Source of the DNA: a virus
IMG/VR virus record: IMGVR_UViG_3300024324_000002
Strand: one strand, 5' to 3'
Length of the DNA: 64,000 nucleotides
The notes beneath the pieces are model-generated. The model searched no databases. It was not told where the DNA came from and was given only the letters and a program-made list of their open reading frames with translations. This document shows, one piece after another, positions 27,801 through 37,399 of the stretch; the stretch's first letter is position 1; every line of letters begins with the position of its first letter. The translations under genes were made by a program, and so were the position numbers.

Positions 27801-29782
27801 AAATGTTTTACTGCCGAAGTTGCTCATTTTACTCTTGCTGTTTCTCATACAAACTTAGATCCTGCCCCTAATACAGCCATGAATGGTTCAAAAAATGTAT
27901 CTGATACTAGATTTACTACAGCGTTAGCATCTGTATCTACAGTTCTTAAATGTCTATCTACTATAGCACTACCTGCTAATGTTTCACTTAATCATCTAGC
28001 TCAATATGTTAATCATTTTGCTCAAGTTATCGTTAATCTTTTAGCCTTATTTAATGATAATAAAGGTTTAACTATATCTGCTTGTTTAGCTATCTCTCAT
28101 TGTTTCCTTAACATCTTACTTACCTTATCTATCTTTCATGTTACTATATTAGCTTTACTTAGTTTTCATAAACCAAATACTACTTCTGCTAAATCATCTA
28201 CATTATATGTTATGTGTGTAGCTAATGATCAAATAACCCCTGTGTTAGCTAACATTAATTCATATTCATCTCAATATACTTTTTTAAAATCCGTATCTTT
28301 TTTTAATACTGGATTAACTTGTGCTATATTAGATCATACTAAAGCTCCAAATATCATATCTGCTCCAGAAAAAGCTTGTTGTATCCCATTTCATACAGCT
28401 GCTCAAAAGTATTTTATAGTATCTACTACTCAATCTGCATTATTCATTTGTCATATTCTTTTCCTCATCTCTATATTATTGTAATACATAGATGCCGCTA
28501 TATCTGTACCTTCTCTTTTTAATAATTCCGACTTATCCCATTCTGACATTTTATCAAATTCAGTTTTATATGCATCCTTTAATATATCATCAAACGGTTT
28601 AGTTCCTCATTTACTACGTGATTCTTGTGATTGTTTATGAAACTCTGTCATTATTCATCTAAAATAATTACTCCTTGCTGTCTTTTGTCCAAATAATACA
28701 GACTTCATCTTAGCTCTTTCTTTTGGATCTTTAGTAATAGCTAAACTTTCATAGTAATGCTTCTCATCACGCATCCTTTTTTCAAAGTATACATCCGCTA
28801 CCTTCTCTAAATAAATCTCTAAATCACCTCAATCTTTATCTTTATCATGATCTCTATATAAATATTTAAACTCTTTCATTAATTTCTCCTTCTCTGGTTG
28901 TATAACCTCCTTTCTTATTAAATCATCTGTAGCTTTACCTGCAGCATCTGACTCAAAATTAGCATATGTCTCATATGCGTTCTTTCATTCTTGTGGTTTT
29001 ACATACCTAGTAGCTATATCATTCCTTTTTTTATTTAAAAAACTGTTATATCATTTAGCATATTCATCCCATTCTCATCTAAATTTATCTATTACCTTAG
29101 TTTCTATCTCTCATTTAATCTCTTCTCTTCTTCTTTGTTTAGATTCTAAACTACTACTTAACTTATATTCTGATATCTCTTTCTTTATTTGAGCAGATAC
29201 CATATCATTAAATTCCTTATTTTGTCTTTTAATTAAATCATCATATTTATCTTTAACTGTTTCTTGATATTCTTTCTCATAATCAGATCATGCTTTCGAT
29301 GTTTCCTCAAATGCCCCTAATTCTTTATATAATTCTTCTTGATTTCATTTAATGTATTCTGGTCATCATGTAATTCATATAGTTTCAAGTGGACTCCATA
29401 TCTCTTTCTCTTTCTGATATTGCATAATCTTATTAGTCCTATCATCTTCTTGTTTACTTAAAGAAATACTTTCATCTTTAAATAACATATCACCTACATT
29501 AGATAATCATCCAAAATAATTATCTATCTTTTGAGAAGCTTCTCTTTGTTCTTTATCGTCTCATGCTACTAAATCATATACATTACCTACTCAATATCCA
29601 ACATCCGTTATTATTGATAATGGTGATTCTTCCCAATTTTCTTTAACATTACTCCATAATGACTTTTCTCATTCTCCATATATATATTTTTCTCCCCAAC
29701 TAGTTTCTTTGTCTTCCTTTTTTGGAAGCTCTTGTGCTGTACTTTGTTGCACTTGTTTTATGTTCTTGTCTTCTAATGACAT
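15809..29782 (-). CDS. Giant multidomain protein (4,657 aa) with RNA polymerase beta-prime-like double-psi beta-barrel motif; candidate virion/ejected RNAP
   Basis: Checked triplet by triplet. The frame has no TAA/TAG between the TAA at 29801-29803 and the TAA at 15809-15811, and the first ATG is at 29782. All five minus-strand track ORFs inside it are in this frame and end at TGA. The motif IIGHPESIFFKLQADFDADTVISIPLASRE has its DFDAD at 22625-22639. Confidence 0.85.
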
Positions 29783-29800
29783 ATTATATATATTTATATA

Positions 29801-30241
29801 TTAAAATAATGTATCTTGTATGCTTATGTTATTAATAATAGATCTAACTAGGTTACCTCTAGTATCAAATAATTCATAATCAAAACATTGTATATCCAGA
29901 TATTCTTGAATCTCTGGTTTACAATCGTATAAGTAAATCTTGAAGTTATTTCTTTTCAAGTATTCCCTAATTCTACATACTAATTTAGTGTGTAGTTGTT
30001 TATAGTATAATCAATGTCAGTTATTTTCCAATTTCCGTAGAAAAGAAAAAATAGTATTGACGAATACTCACCTTCCTTCATGCATTTGCTGAAGGATTTG
30101 TGCGTATTTGTCTAATACTATTACTCAATTATCGAACATATTATCTATGTTGCAGCGATGTATACTTATTAAATCAGTTTCTATTCCTATTTCTTGCTCT
30201 ATATTAAACTTACTTTCTAATAGTATTTTAGTTTTCATCAT
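29801..30241 (-). CDS. Hypothetical protein (146 aa)
   Basis: AAAGGAG Shine-Dalgarno sequence before ATGATG at 30241; TAA 29801. Confidence 0.6.
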
Positions 30242-30262
30242 AGACTCCTTTCTGGTTAAATA

Positions 30263-31024
30263 TTAAATTTCAACTTCTTTATATCCTTCAATATGTTTCT
30301 TGGCTTCTACTAATCTTTTATACTTATCTATAGTTTGTTTAAATACAATACTTATAAATAAATCAACTACTACAAATCTTCTTGTTCTAGATATTGTTTT
30401 CTCTATGTTATCTAATATAAATTGCTGATCTTCATTCTTTTCTAAATCTTTTATAATAAAGAATATATCCTCATTCTTTATTACATTAGCTTCTTGCCTA
30501 CGTGTTATACTTATATCTTGACCATTAACTCATTTAAATAGAAAACTCATAGCTTTCCAATCTAAATCTTTTAATCCGTCTAATTCTCTAGTATCTAACT
30601 TCTTCTTCTCGTCTTGAGTTAATCTATGTTCAAAATATTCATCATATTCTCATTTTTCAAAACAAGCTTCTAATTTCTTTTTACTAGATGTCTTCATATT
30701 AAATCAATGATTAACATCTTGACATAACATACATAATGCTTTAAATAATCCTCATATAGCTAAGTTAGGTTTAGATGCATACATGATAGCATTACTTAAT
30801 GATTGACTATATAGCTTTTCATTAAATGTCTTTACTAGTTTAATGTCTCTATATGATCTAGTATATCATATACCCTCTATTACTTGTATCAACTTTATAA
30901 TTACAGCTATTTTTTCATCCCTAGTTTCAGTAGGTAAGTTTCTAATCTCATACATAGTAGGAACTCCTCTAAAGTTTTTTACTCATTCTTTTAAAGCTAA
31001 TGCTTTAATAACATCATAAAACAT
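30263..31024 (-). CDS. Hypothetical protein (253 aa); first gene of the long minus-strand unit
   Basis: ATG 31024 faces the divergent intergenic region; TAA 30263. Confidence 0.6.
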
Positions 31025-31180
31025 ATTTTATATAATTAATTTTAAATTGCGTACTACTAATATATACAATAAATGAAAAATTACAAGCTAAAATTTAATT
31101 TTAATTTGCATTAGACTCATATTTGCTTATTATATACAATGCTTGTACTCTCTTTTAAATTATATAATAATAAAACTACA
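31025..31180. promoter_or_regulatory. Divergent intergenic region between the minus-strand unit and the HU genes
   Basis: 156 nt, AT-rich. TATATACAAT occurs twice (31061 and 31131). TTGCAT-N17-ATTATA lies upstream of the plus-strand ATG. Confidence 0.35.
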
Positions 31181-31456
31181 ATGAATAAAGCAGAATTTGT
31201 TAAACATATATCTAAAGAATTAGATATATCTCAAACAGAAATGAAAAAAATAGTTAATACCATATTTGATAATATATCTGATATAATAATATCTGGTGAA
31301 CATTTATCCCTATATTGATTCTGAACTTTTAGTTCAGTACAAATCAATGAAAGAAAATGATCTGATCCAAAGAATCAGAAACCTATTATTATTAAAGCTT
31401 TGAAAAGAACTAAATTTAAACCTTCAGTTAATCTGAAAAGAGATCTTAATATATAA
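31181..31456 (+). CDS. HU/IHF-family DNA-binding protein (91 aa)
   Basis: MNKAEFVKHISKELDISQTEMKKIV...LYGFGTFSSVQINERKGSDPKNQKPIIIKA..KFKPS. GFGTF is encoded TGA-TTC-TGA-ACT-TTT at 31316-31330. Confidence 0.9.
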
Positions 31457-31467
31457 TTAATATATAC

Positions 31468-31770
31468 ATGAACGATTTTACTACAATTAATTTAAAAACT
31501 TTCAGTGAAAGAATTTCTGAGTCATTTAATGTGCCGTTAGAAGACTCAAAAAAGATTTTAGGATACATTGTAAGGGAAATGAAATACGAACTCGTACAAG
31601 GTAATAGAGTAGTGTTTGACGGTATATGATCTTTTCAAGCACGTGAACATAACAAAAAACATATCTATTCTTTGAAATATAATAAAGTTGTTAAGAATAT
31701 GACTACTAAACGAGTTTATTTTAGGATCAGTAGAATGTTGAAAGAAGAAATTAATTTTAATGCTAAATAA
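31468..31770 (+). CDS. Divergent HU/IHF-like protein (100 aa)
   Basis: Same architecture as the neighbouring HU gene: ...GNRVVFDGIGSFQAREH... with GIGSF encoded GGT-ATA-TGA-TCT-TTT. Confidence 0.65.
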
Positions 31771-31799
31771 AAAAACTAGAATAATTCTAGTTTTTTTTG
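31771..31799. terminator. Bidirectional terminator between convergent genes
   Basis: AAAAACTAGAAT / ATTCTAGTTTTT palindrome flanked by A- and T-runs. Lies between the HU-like stop (31770) and the minus-strand stop (31787). Confidence 0.7.
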
Positions 31800-31984
31800 T
31801 TTATATAATAAAATCAATCTATCTTTTTAATCTTACCTGCATTTATCCATCTATGTATAGTTCTTTCTGTCCTATCATAATATTCCATGATTCATTCCAA
31901 ACTAAATCAGATAGGTTGTCATTTTATATGTTCAAAGATTTCTCTCTGTAAATCTTTATCTTTTATTTCTAGTACTACCTTCAT
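31787..31984 (-). CDS. Small HTH protein, excisionase/MerR-like (65 aa)
   Basis: ...MEYYDRTERTIHRWINAGKIKKIDGFYYI... is a typical Xis-type helix-turn-helix pattern. Confidence 0.5.
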
Positions 31985-32004
31985 TGTTTTATTTGTTTTA
32001 TTTG

Positions 32005-32421
32005 TTATATTTTTAATAATCTTTCTAATACATCATCAGATGAATGTCAATCCCATTTATTTGCTTTTGGTAATGTTTCTATATGATTGCATTTATCCCA
32101 GTATTCATTTGGTAAATGATAACTAATCTGTGTTCATTCTATTTCTTTGCGTGTATATCTATTAAATTCTATTAATTGTACTATAAACCATCACTCCATT
32201 CAAGTCCCATCATTATGTAACTTAGATTTTATAACCTTAATATTATCATATGGATGTTCTCCTATTCATAGTACAGAACATAAAGCTATAAATAAATGTA
32301 TCCTATGTTTATATAATTCTCCAAATGTATGATATCCATCTGATACTTTATTCGCATCAACTTCTGGATTTTCTTTTATAGATTTATTTATTAAATCTAA
32401 TGTTTTAATTGTTATCTCCAT
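32005..32421 (-). CDS. WDGH-motif phage protein (138 aa)
   Basis: SDGYHTFGELYKHRIHLF...HNDGTGMEGWFIVQL...ISYHLP...KWDGHSSDDVLERL matches my recollection of the WDGH-domain phage family. Confidence 0.55.
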
Positions 32422-32451
32422 TTTTTTATTTATTTATTAAATTCTAATTGT

Positions 32452-32694
32452 TTATTGTGATTTATGTTTATCGTTCATTTTTTGTATCCTCATTCATGAT
32501 TGTATTCATTTATCATATATCTCTACTGTTAATATAACTAACATATCTATTAATTCTTCTTCTTTTAATCTCTTAGTATTATCTAAGATAGATAACATTT
32601 CTTTAGAAAAATCTTTAAATGATTCTAAATTTTCTTGTTTAAATTGTTCAACTCTTGAATCCATTTCTTTATTTAAAATTTCTTTATTTAACAT
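32452..32694 (-). CDS. Hypothetical protein (80 aa)
   Basis: Track ORF 32506..32694 continues through TGA to TAA 32452. Confidence 0.5.
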
Positions 32695-32697
32695 TGT

Positions 32698-33744
32698 TTA
32701 TTTAATTAATTGTAAAGTAGTTTTCCATTTCTTATTATAAGTTCCTACAAGCTTATTGTAGACTTCTTTAGTATCTTGATCACTGAATAACATTCATGAT
32801 CATGCAACCTTTATCTTTAAGCGTTCCTGTAACTGTTCTTTTAATACAGCTACTATCTCTGGTGCATCCTTTAAATATAACGCTACTTTTATCATACCTT
32901 GTCATAATGTATCCTCTCCATACTTTATAAATGCTCATTTCTTTGTTATAATCTCATACTGCAAACAACTGATCAATGTATCCATTAATTCTGAATATCT
33001 ACCATCAGCTCATAAATATAATACTCATTCATCGTTTCACCATTTCATTTTAGTCTTTATAACTTTAATCTTACTTGGCTTCAACTCCAACTCTCCATCT
33101 GAATTTAATATCCAATCTTTCTTCGGACTAGTAGCAATCTCCATACGAAGACTACATGCATATGCAATACCAGTACCTCCTGTAGTTTGATTTGGGTTTC
33201 AGTACCCCCCTATGTTTGTCCTAAACTGATTAATCAATAATAATGTAACTCAATGTGTTCTCAATTTACTCGGTACCATACGCATCATACGATTCATAAG
33301 CCTTGCCTGCTTACCTATATTCATCTGATCTGCTGATGTATCTAACTCTACCATCGGTACCGTAGCTGCTACACTATCCAATATAATCAATTTATATCAA
33401 CCTTCTATACCTTCCACTATTCTATCTACAGTATCCTCTCAACAATCTGGTTCATGTACATCTATTAGATCATTAGAAAGTCTGTTCGGAAATGTCCTCT
33501 CTGTATCTACAAATAAAACTTTATCTCATTTATCTGTATATCTCTCTGCTATCTGCATAGCCAATGTAGTCTTACCAGAACCATTCTTACCAAATAATTC
33601 CACCACTCTACCTATAGGTATCCCTCATCCTGTAACATAATCCAAATTAGGAAATCATGTACTCATAAACTCCATCTCTGGATATGTACCTCATTCATAA
33701 AAAGTATCTTTATACTTCTTCTTTAATACTGTTGTATCTACCAT
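32698..33744 (-). CDS. recA: RecA-family recombinase (348 aa)
   Basis: GGGIPIGRVVELFGKNGSGKTTLAMQ, FVDTE, LIILDSVAA, GKQARLMNRMMR and LLINQFRTNIGGYGNPNQTTGGTGIAYACSLRMEI. Several conserved Gly are TGA. Confidence 0.9.
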
Positions 33745-33912
33745 TTATTCTTTTATTAAGTTATTTAAATATTTATCCAATAGCTGTTCTAATGTTTCTG
33801 CTTCTTTTTCTAATCTAGCTCAATAAGAAGTATTTCATTTTAAATTAACTATTGTTGCTACTCATTTTAAATCAGCTATTTTTTCTATTAATTCTCTTAT
33901 ATCTTTATTCAT
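33745..33912 (-). CDS. Hypothetical protein (55 aa)
   Basis: ATG 33912. The TAA directly abuts the recA ATG (TAAATG). Confidence 0.45.
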
Positions 33913-33933
33913 AAGGTTTCTATTTAGTTAGTT

Positions 33934-33962
33934 ATATATTTTAAATTCTTACCTTCTGTCAA
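33934..33962 (-). promoter_or_regulatory. Sigma70-like promoter candidate
   Basis: On the coding strand, TTGACA-N17-ATATAT lies about 21 nt before the ATG at 33912. Confidence 0.25.
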
Positions 33963-33979
33963 TCTTCCTCCTTCAAAAA

Positions 33980-34165
33980 TTATTCACCAAATCATATACC
34001 TAATAATGCTACTCATCATATTGTAAATAGTCATCCGAAAACACTCGACATAACAACATTAATACCACCATACCATTCTCCAGATTGCATGTACAATACA
34101 TACATTCATGTATAAAATAATCATATACCTATCAATAAACTCAATATCCCAAATATTATTTTCAT
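33980..34165 (-). CDS. Small membrane protein (61 aa, 2 TM)
   Basis: MKIIFGILSLLIGIGLFYTGMYVLY...VFGGLFTIGGVALLGIGFGE. Confidence 0.5.
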
Positions 34166-34718
34166 AAAGAAATTAGGTTAACAAATATAAAAAGAAATTT
34201 TTTTATTTCTCACTTAACAGTTTATTCATAACTGACATAATGTCAAGAAAAAAAGACATAAAAGTATTTTATATCTATTTTATAAGTTTTAATGTTTACC
34301 CCTATGAAACTGTACAACTTTACTTTAAATAAGCCATCAGCATTTTGTCTACATATCTAGTCAATTTATGACATTCCCTTAGTAAAGCCATTCCCTCCAC
34401 TGACATATTTTTAACCCCCTTCTAACTTTTCTATATAATCTTAACTATTCCTCTACTAATTTATCCGTCCTTATTTATACTATGGCTATAGAAAGCCATT
34501 ACTGTTTTTATTAAACTATATTATACATACTCAGAGTTTAATCTATACCCCTGTAAAACTTAACAGGTTTGGCTATAACATGCGAATGTATATCCCTTGA
34601 CATTATATTATCTCTCTTATTAAAACCTTATAAAAGGTAGTATTGGATGTAAGGGGTACCCCTATACTATAACTACTACTGGGACAGATTACCCCCCAAC
34701 AACAGCAACACCATCACC

Positions 34719-35058
34719 TTTTTTTATTTTGATTTGTTTTTTGAGTTTTGTTTTTTTTTATTTTTTATTTTGTTTTTTCTTTGTGTGTGTGTGTTTGTTG
34801 TTGGCTTAGGTTAGGTATTAGTTTGTGTTGTGTGTGTGTTGTGTTTGTGTTGTGTGTGTTGTTGTGTTGTGTTGTGTTGTGTTGTGTTTGTTGTTGTGTG
34901 TATGTTGTGAGTATAGTGTTGTGTTGGCTTAGGTTAGCGGTTTGTTGTCGTATTGACTTTTTTTTTTTTCGGGTAGTGTGTGTTGTGTTGGTTTTTTGTT
35001 ATGGTGGTGGTTTGGTGTTTTTTGTTTTTTTTTGTTTTTTTTGTTTATTGTTTTTTTA
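34719..35058. repeat. G/T-only low-complexity tract (degenerate TG/TTG microsatellite)
   Basis: About 340 nt almost devoid of A and C on the plus strand. TTGGCTTAGGTTAG is repeated at 34801 and 34924. Immediately preceded by a C/A-only run at 34690-34718. Confidence 0.9.
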
Positions 35059-35157
35059 TATATATGTATATATATGTTATTATTATATTATTTATTAGTA
35101 TTATGATATAATACTAGATATATTATATATCTGATATAAATAATATAGCTGGGGAAT

Positions 35158-35235
35158 AAAAAGACTTTTTATTAGGAGAGGGGGAGAATTATATAATTGT
35201 ATTATATATTCTTGTCTCTTAATAAGAAGTCTTTT
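35158..35235. repeat. Long imperfect hairpin/cruciform
   Basis: AAAGACTTTTTATTAGGAGAG pairs with CTCTTAATAAGAAGTCTTTT, with an inner GAATTATATAAT/ATTATATATTC stem. A second 8-bp hairpin ATAGCTAA/TTAGCTAT follows at about 35252-35272. Confidence 0.5.
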
Positions 35236-35672
35236 GATTGGATAGCTAATTCTTAGCTATTTGATTTATGCTTTTTTCTTACTATCTATTATATAGAATA
35301 GCTGGAAAAAAGCAAGGCTTTTTTTTATTTTGTTTTTGTTTATTGTTTGTTCCGATTCGTTTTCTGATTAGGCATAGAACTTATTCTAGTTCATTAGTCT
35401 TAGGATAGCAATAGTAGGATTAATATCGGGATAGGATTTTCTGGGATGTCTTTACTTGCTGGTAGCTTTAACTTAATTTATTGTGTTTCTTTTTCTGGAC
35501 TCTTCTATTAGGGTTCTGTGTATACTACATTCAGTAGGGGGTTCGTTGTTTGCCACTAGGGCTCGTTAGTTTATTTAGGTTCGGGTAGGGGAAGGATTGT
35601 AGTCTTCCTTGTTTATGGCTAAGCGATTAGCTTAGTCTGATGTTGTCTGGAATGATCTTCCTTTTTCTTTCG

Positions 35673-35717
35673 AAAAAAAAAGATGATAGTATCTACATTG
35701 CTGTAGATACTATCATC
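35673..35717 (-). terminator. Strong rho-independent terminator
   Basis: Perfect 16-bp stem GATGATAGTATCTACA / TGTAGATACTATCATC, 4-nt loop, then a 9-nt T-run on the coding strand. Confidence 0.8.
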
Positions 35718-35830
35718 AATGTGATAGCACTGGCTATTCCACTAAGGAATATACCAGTGATATCACTTTTTATTTCATAGTATTTACTGATTAATACAGT
35801 AAATACTATGATTAGTATTATTGCTGTCAT
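35693..35830 (-). CDS. Tiny hydrophobic protein (45 aa), uncertain
   Basis: MTAIILIIVFTVLISKYY...ITLMIVSTAM. The 3' end is buried in the terminator stem. Confidence 0.3.
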   Translation of the reverse strand: MTAIILIIVFTVLISKYYEIKSDITGIFLSGIASAITLMIVSTAM

Positions 35831-35909
35831 AACTTTTTTTTATTAAATTATAAGTGGATAATATAGTAGCTTAATTACTTAGTACAGTATTAGTGTACTA
35901 TAATATTAT

Positions 35910-35934
35910 CCATAAAATTTTTAGTAGTTGTGTG
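35910..35934 (-). promoter_or_regulatory. Conserved 25-nt motif, copy 1
   Basis: Plus-strand CCATAAAATTTTTAGTAGTTGTGTG. Lies 79 nt upstream of the ATG at 35830. GCCGTAGGC mini-hairpin at 35941-35949. Confidence 0.5.
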
Positions 35935-35955
35935 TTGATTGCCGTAGGCTTCTTT

Positions 35956-35988
35956 AAAAAAAAGAGTACCTACTTATTAGCAGGTACT
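35956..35988 (-). terminator. Terminator after the 94-aa gene
   Basis: AGTACCT/AGGTACT stem followed by an 8-nt T-run on the coding strand. Confidence 0.6.
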
Positions 35989-36261
35989 TTCTAGACGCTT
36001 GATTGCGTCTAATCTTATTATATTTAATGAGCAATCTAGTTGCTCATTAATATTTTGGTAGGTACAACCTGCATTCACAGGTGTACCATATTGAGATTCA
36101 TACTCAGCAATTTCTTGCTGAGCATTTAGTGAAGCTGCATAAATTGCAGCTTCTTCTTCTGGAGAAAATTTAATTTCTCCATAAGCTTCTTCGTAATGAT
36201 TGAAGAAAGTTTGAAACTCTCTTCAATCATTATGAAGAATATCTTTTAAATATTTTTTCAT
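35977..36261 (-). CDS. Hypothetical protein (94 aa), unusually hairpin-dense
   Basis: ATG 36261, TAA 35977, one TGA. At least 7 consecutive perfect palindromic stems lie inside the ORF. Confidence 0.45.
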
Positions 36262-36295
36262 AATGATTTATTAATATATAAATGGATATTTCTAT

Positions 36296-36319
36296 CCATA
36301 AAATTTTTAGTAGTTGTGT
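36296..36319 (-). promoter_or_regulatory. Conserved motif, copy 2
   Basis: CCATAAAATTTTTAGTAGTTGTGT lies 34 nt upstream of the ATG at 36261. GGATCTTTGATCC hairpin at 36327-36339. Confidence 0.5.
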
Positions 36320-36329
36320 AAGTGTTGGA

Positions 36330-36530
36330 TCTTTGATCCTATTTTAATAGTCCCCCTTCCTTATGCCTATAGCTATTTAACAACGAGACTTGTTCGAGTT
36401 GTTAAAGTTTTAATTGTCTTCCTTATTTTAATCCCCCCTTCTTGAAGGGGGCTAGGGGGTTATTTTAATTTGTCTTCCTTATTTTTATTTGTCTACTTGT
36501 AGACTTGTAAACTGTTCTCCATTGTATACA
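36330..36530. other. Non-coding hairpin/iteron-like region
   Basis: TGTCTTCCTTATTTT occurs twice (36413 and 36470), and ATTTTAAT is repeated. Hairpins: CCCCCTTC..GAAGGGGG, TAACAAC..GTTGTTA and GTCTAC..GTAGAC. Confidence 0.45.
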
Positions 36531-36565
36531 AAAAAAAAGAGACTGACTATATTAGTCAATCTCTT
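36530..36565 (-). terminator. Terminator after the 39-aa ORF
   Basis: AGAGACTGAC/GTCAATCTCT stem with one mismatch, followed by a 9-nt T-run on the coding strand. Confidence 0.6.
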
Positions 36566-36666
36566 TTCATTTTTCTCATTACTTCTGATTGTTGATTAGC
36601 AGACATTTGTCTGTAATTCTTATATCAGTTAGCTAATGAACTTCAAGCTGTGTTTGTAGTTTTCAT
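36547..36666 (-). CDS. Tiny ORF (39 aa), uncertain
   Basis: MKTTNTAGSSLANGYKNYRQMSANQQSEVMRKMKRDGLI; the stop lies inside the terminator. Confidence 0.3.
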
Positions 36667-36706
36667 AATTTATTTATTTAATAATTAAAGTAAGAACACA
36701 AGAAGA

Positions 36707-37072
36707 CTATAAGTCTTCTGCGTTCATTGCGCTTGAACCAAATGGTTCTAAGCTTTCTACTAATGTAGATAATTCTCAAGCCACAGTTAATACTGGCGCT
36801 TCTTTTTTATCTATACCTTGTTTGTAACCTTGTACAAACTTACTATCTTTATCATACACTTTGAATGATAAGATATTTCCTGATGCTTTACCTTTGATGT
36901 TACAATAAATTGTAGCATCTAATGTTCAATTAGATTGAACATATTGAAATGGAAACACATCTTTAGTAATATCTAAATTTAATTTAGATATTACTAAATC
37001 TAAATTAGATATATGTCTAACACTTGCTATTTTAGATAAGCTTTCTCTATTGTACCCTTTTGAATTTGTCAT
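36707..37072 (-). CDS. Hypothetical protein (121 aa)
   Basis: ATG 37072, TAG 36707. Followed by a GAAGACT/AGTCTTC hairpin. Several internal palindromes. Confidence 0.5.
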
Positions 37073-37116
37073 AATCATATTGATTAGTGATAAAATATTG
37101 GCAGGAGTTTAATCTA

Positions 37117-37140
37117 CCATAAAATTTTTAGTAGTTGTGT
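37117..37140 (-). promoter_or_regulatory. Conserved motif, copy 3
   Basis: CCATAAAATTTTTAGTAGTTGTGT lies 44 nt upstream of the ATG at 37072. Confidence 0.5.
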
Positions 37141-37176
37141 GGATGCTGGCTTGCCTGTTTTAATAAGTCCTCCATT

Positions 37177-37210
37177 AAAAAAAAAGAGAACACATTATGC
37201 TGTGTTCTCT
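37177..37210 (-). terminator. Rho-independent terminator
   Basis: AGAGAACAC/GTGTTCTCT 9-bp stem, 8-nt loop, then a 9-nt T-run on the coding strand. Confidence 0.7.
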
Positions 37211-37399
37211 TTGTATCTCTTTATGTTTATTGTCCCAAGAGTTTTATATTGTAGACCGATATACTTATCTGAAAGTATATGAAATATAAGCGGCGTTCAC
37301 CTCGCTTGTTACTATCAGTCTTACAGATATAAGGACAAGATATTATTTTAATTCTATTATAGCTTCTCTTGTTTTATTCATAATTTAGTTAGTAAATTA

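Larger units (their letters stand above)
34166..35672. other. 1.5-kb non-coding island (candidate ori/packaging region)
   Basis: Stops in all six frames under code 25. G-poor left part with palindromes (AGGGGTACCCCT at about 34655), a G/T-only tract, an AT-only stretch at about 35055-35145, and long hairpins. Confidence 0.6.

Noticed and set aside
27879-28484. Longest plus-strand ORF (201 aa), plus the other plus-strand track ORFs between 16464 and 28484
   Set aside because: They lie antisense inside a 14-kb uninterrupted minus-strand frame. Their Leu/Ser/Phe/Ile-rich low-complexity composition is typical of shadow ORFs in AT-rich DNA, and they contain no recognisable motifs.
31787-31984. 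Lysogeny module / integrated prophage
   Set aside because: Only a small Xis-like HTH protein is present. No integrase, transposase, att-like junction or flanking bacterial genes were seen, and the window appears to close on itself.
34748-35098. Track ORF encoding a Cys/Val/Phe-rich 116-aa peptide
   Set aside because: It is simply the translation of the G/T-only microsatellite-like tract, with no start context or protein-like features.
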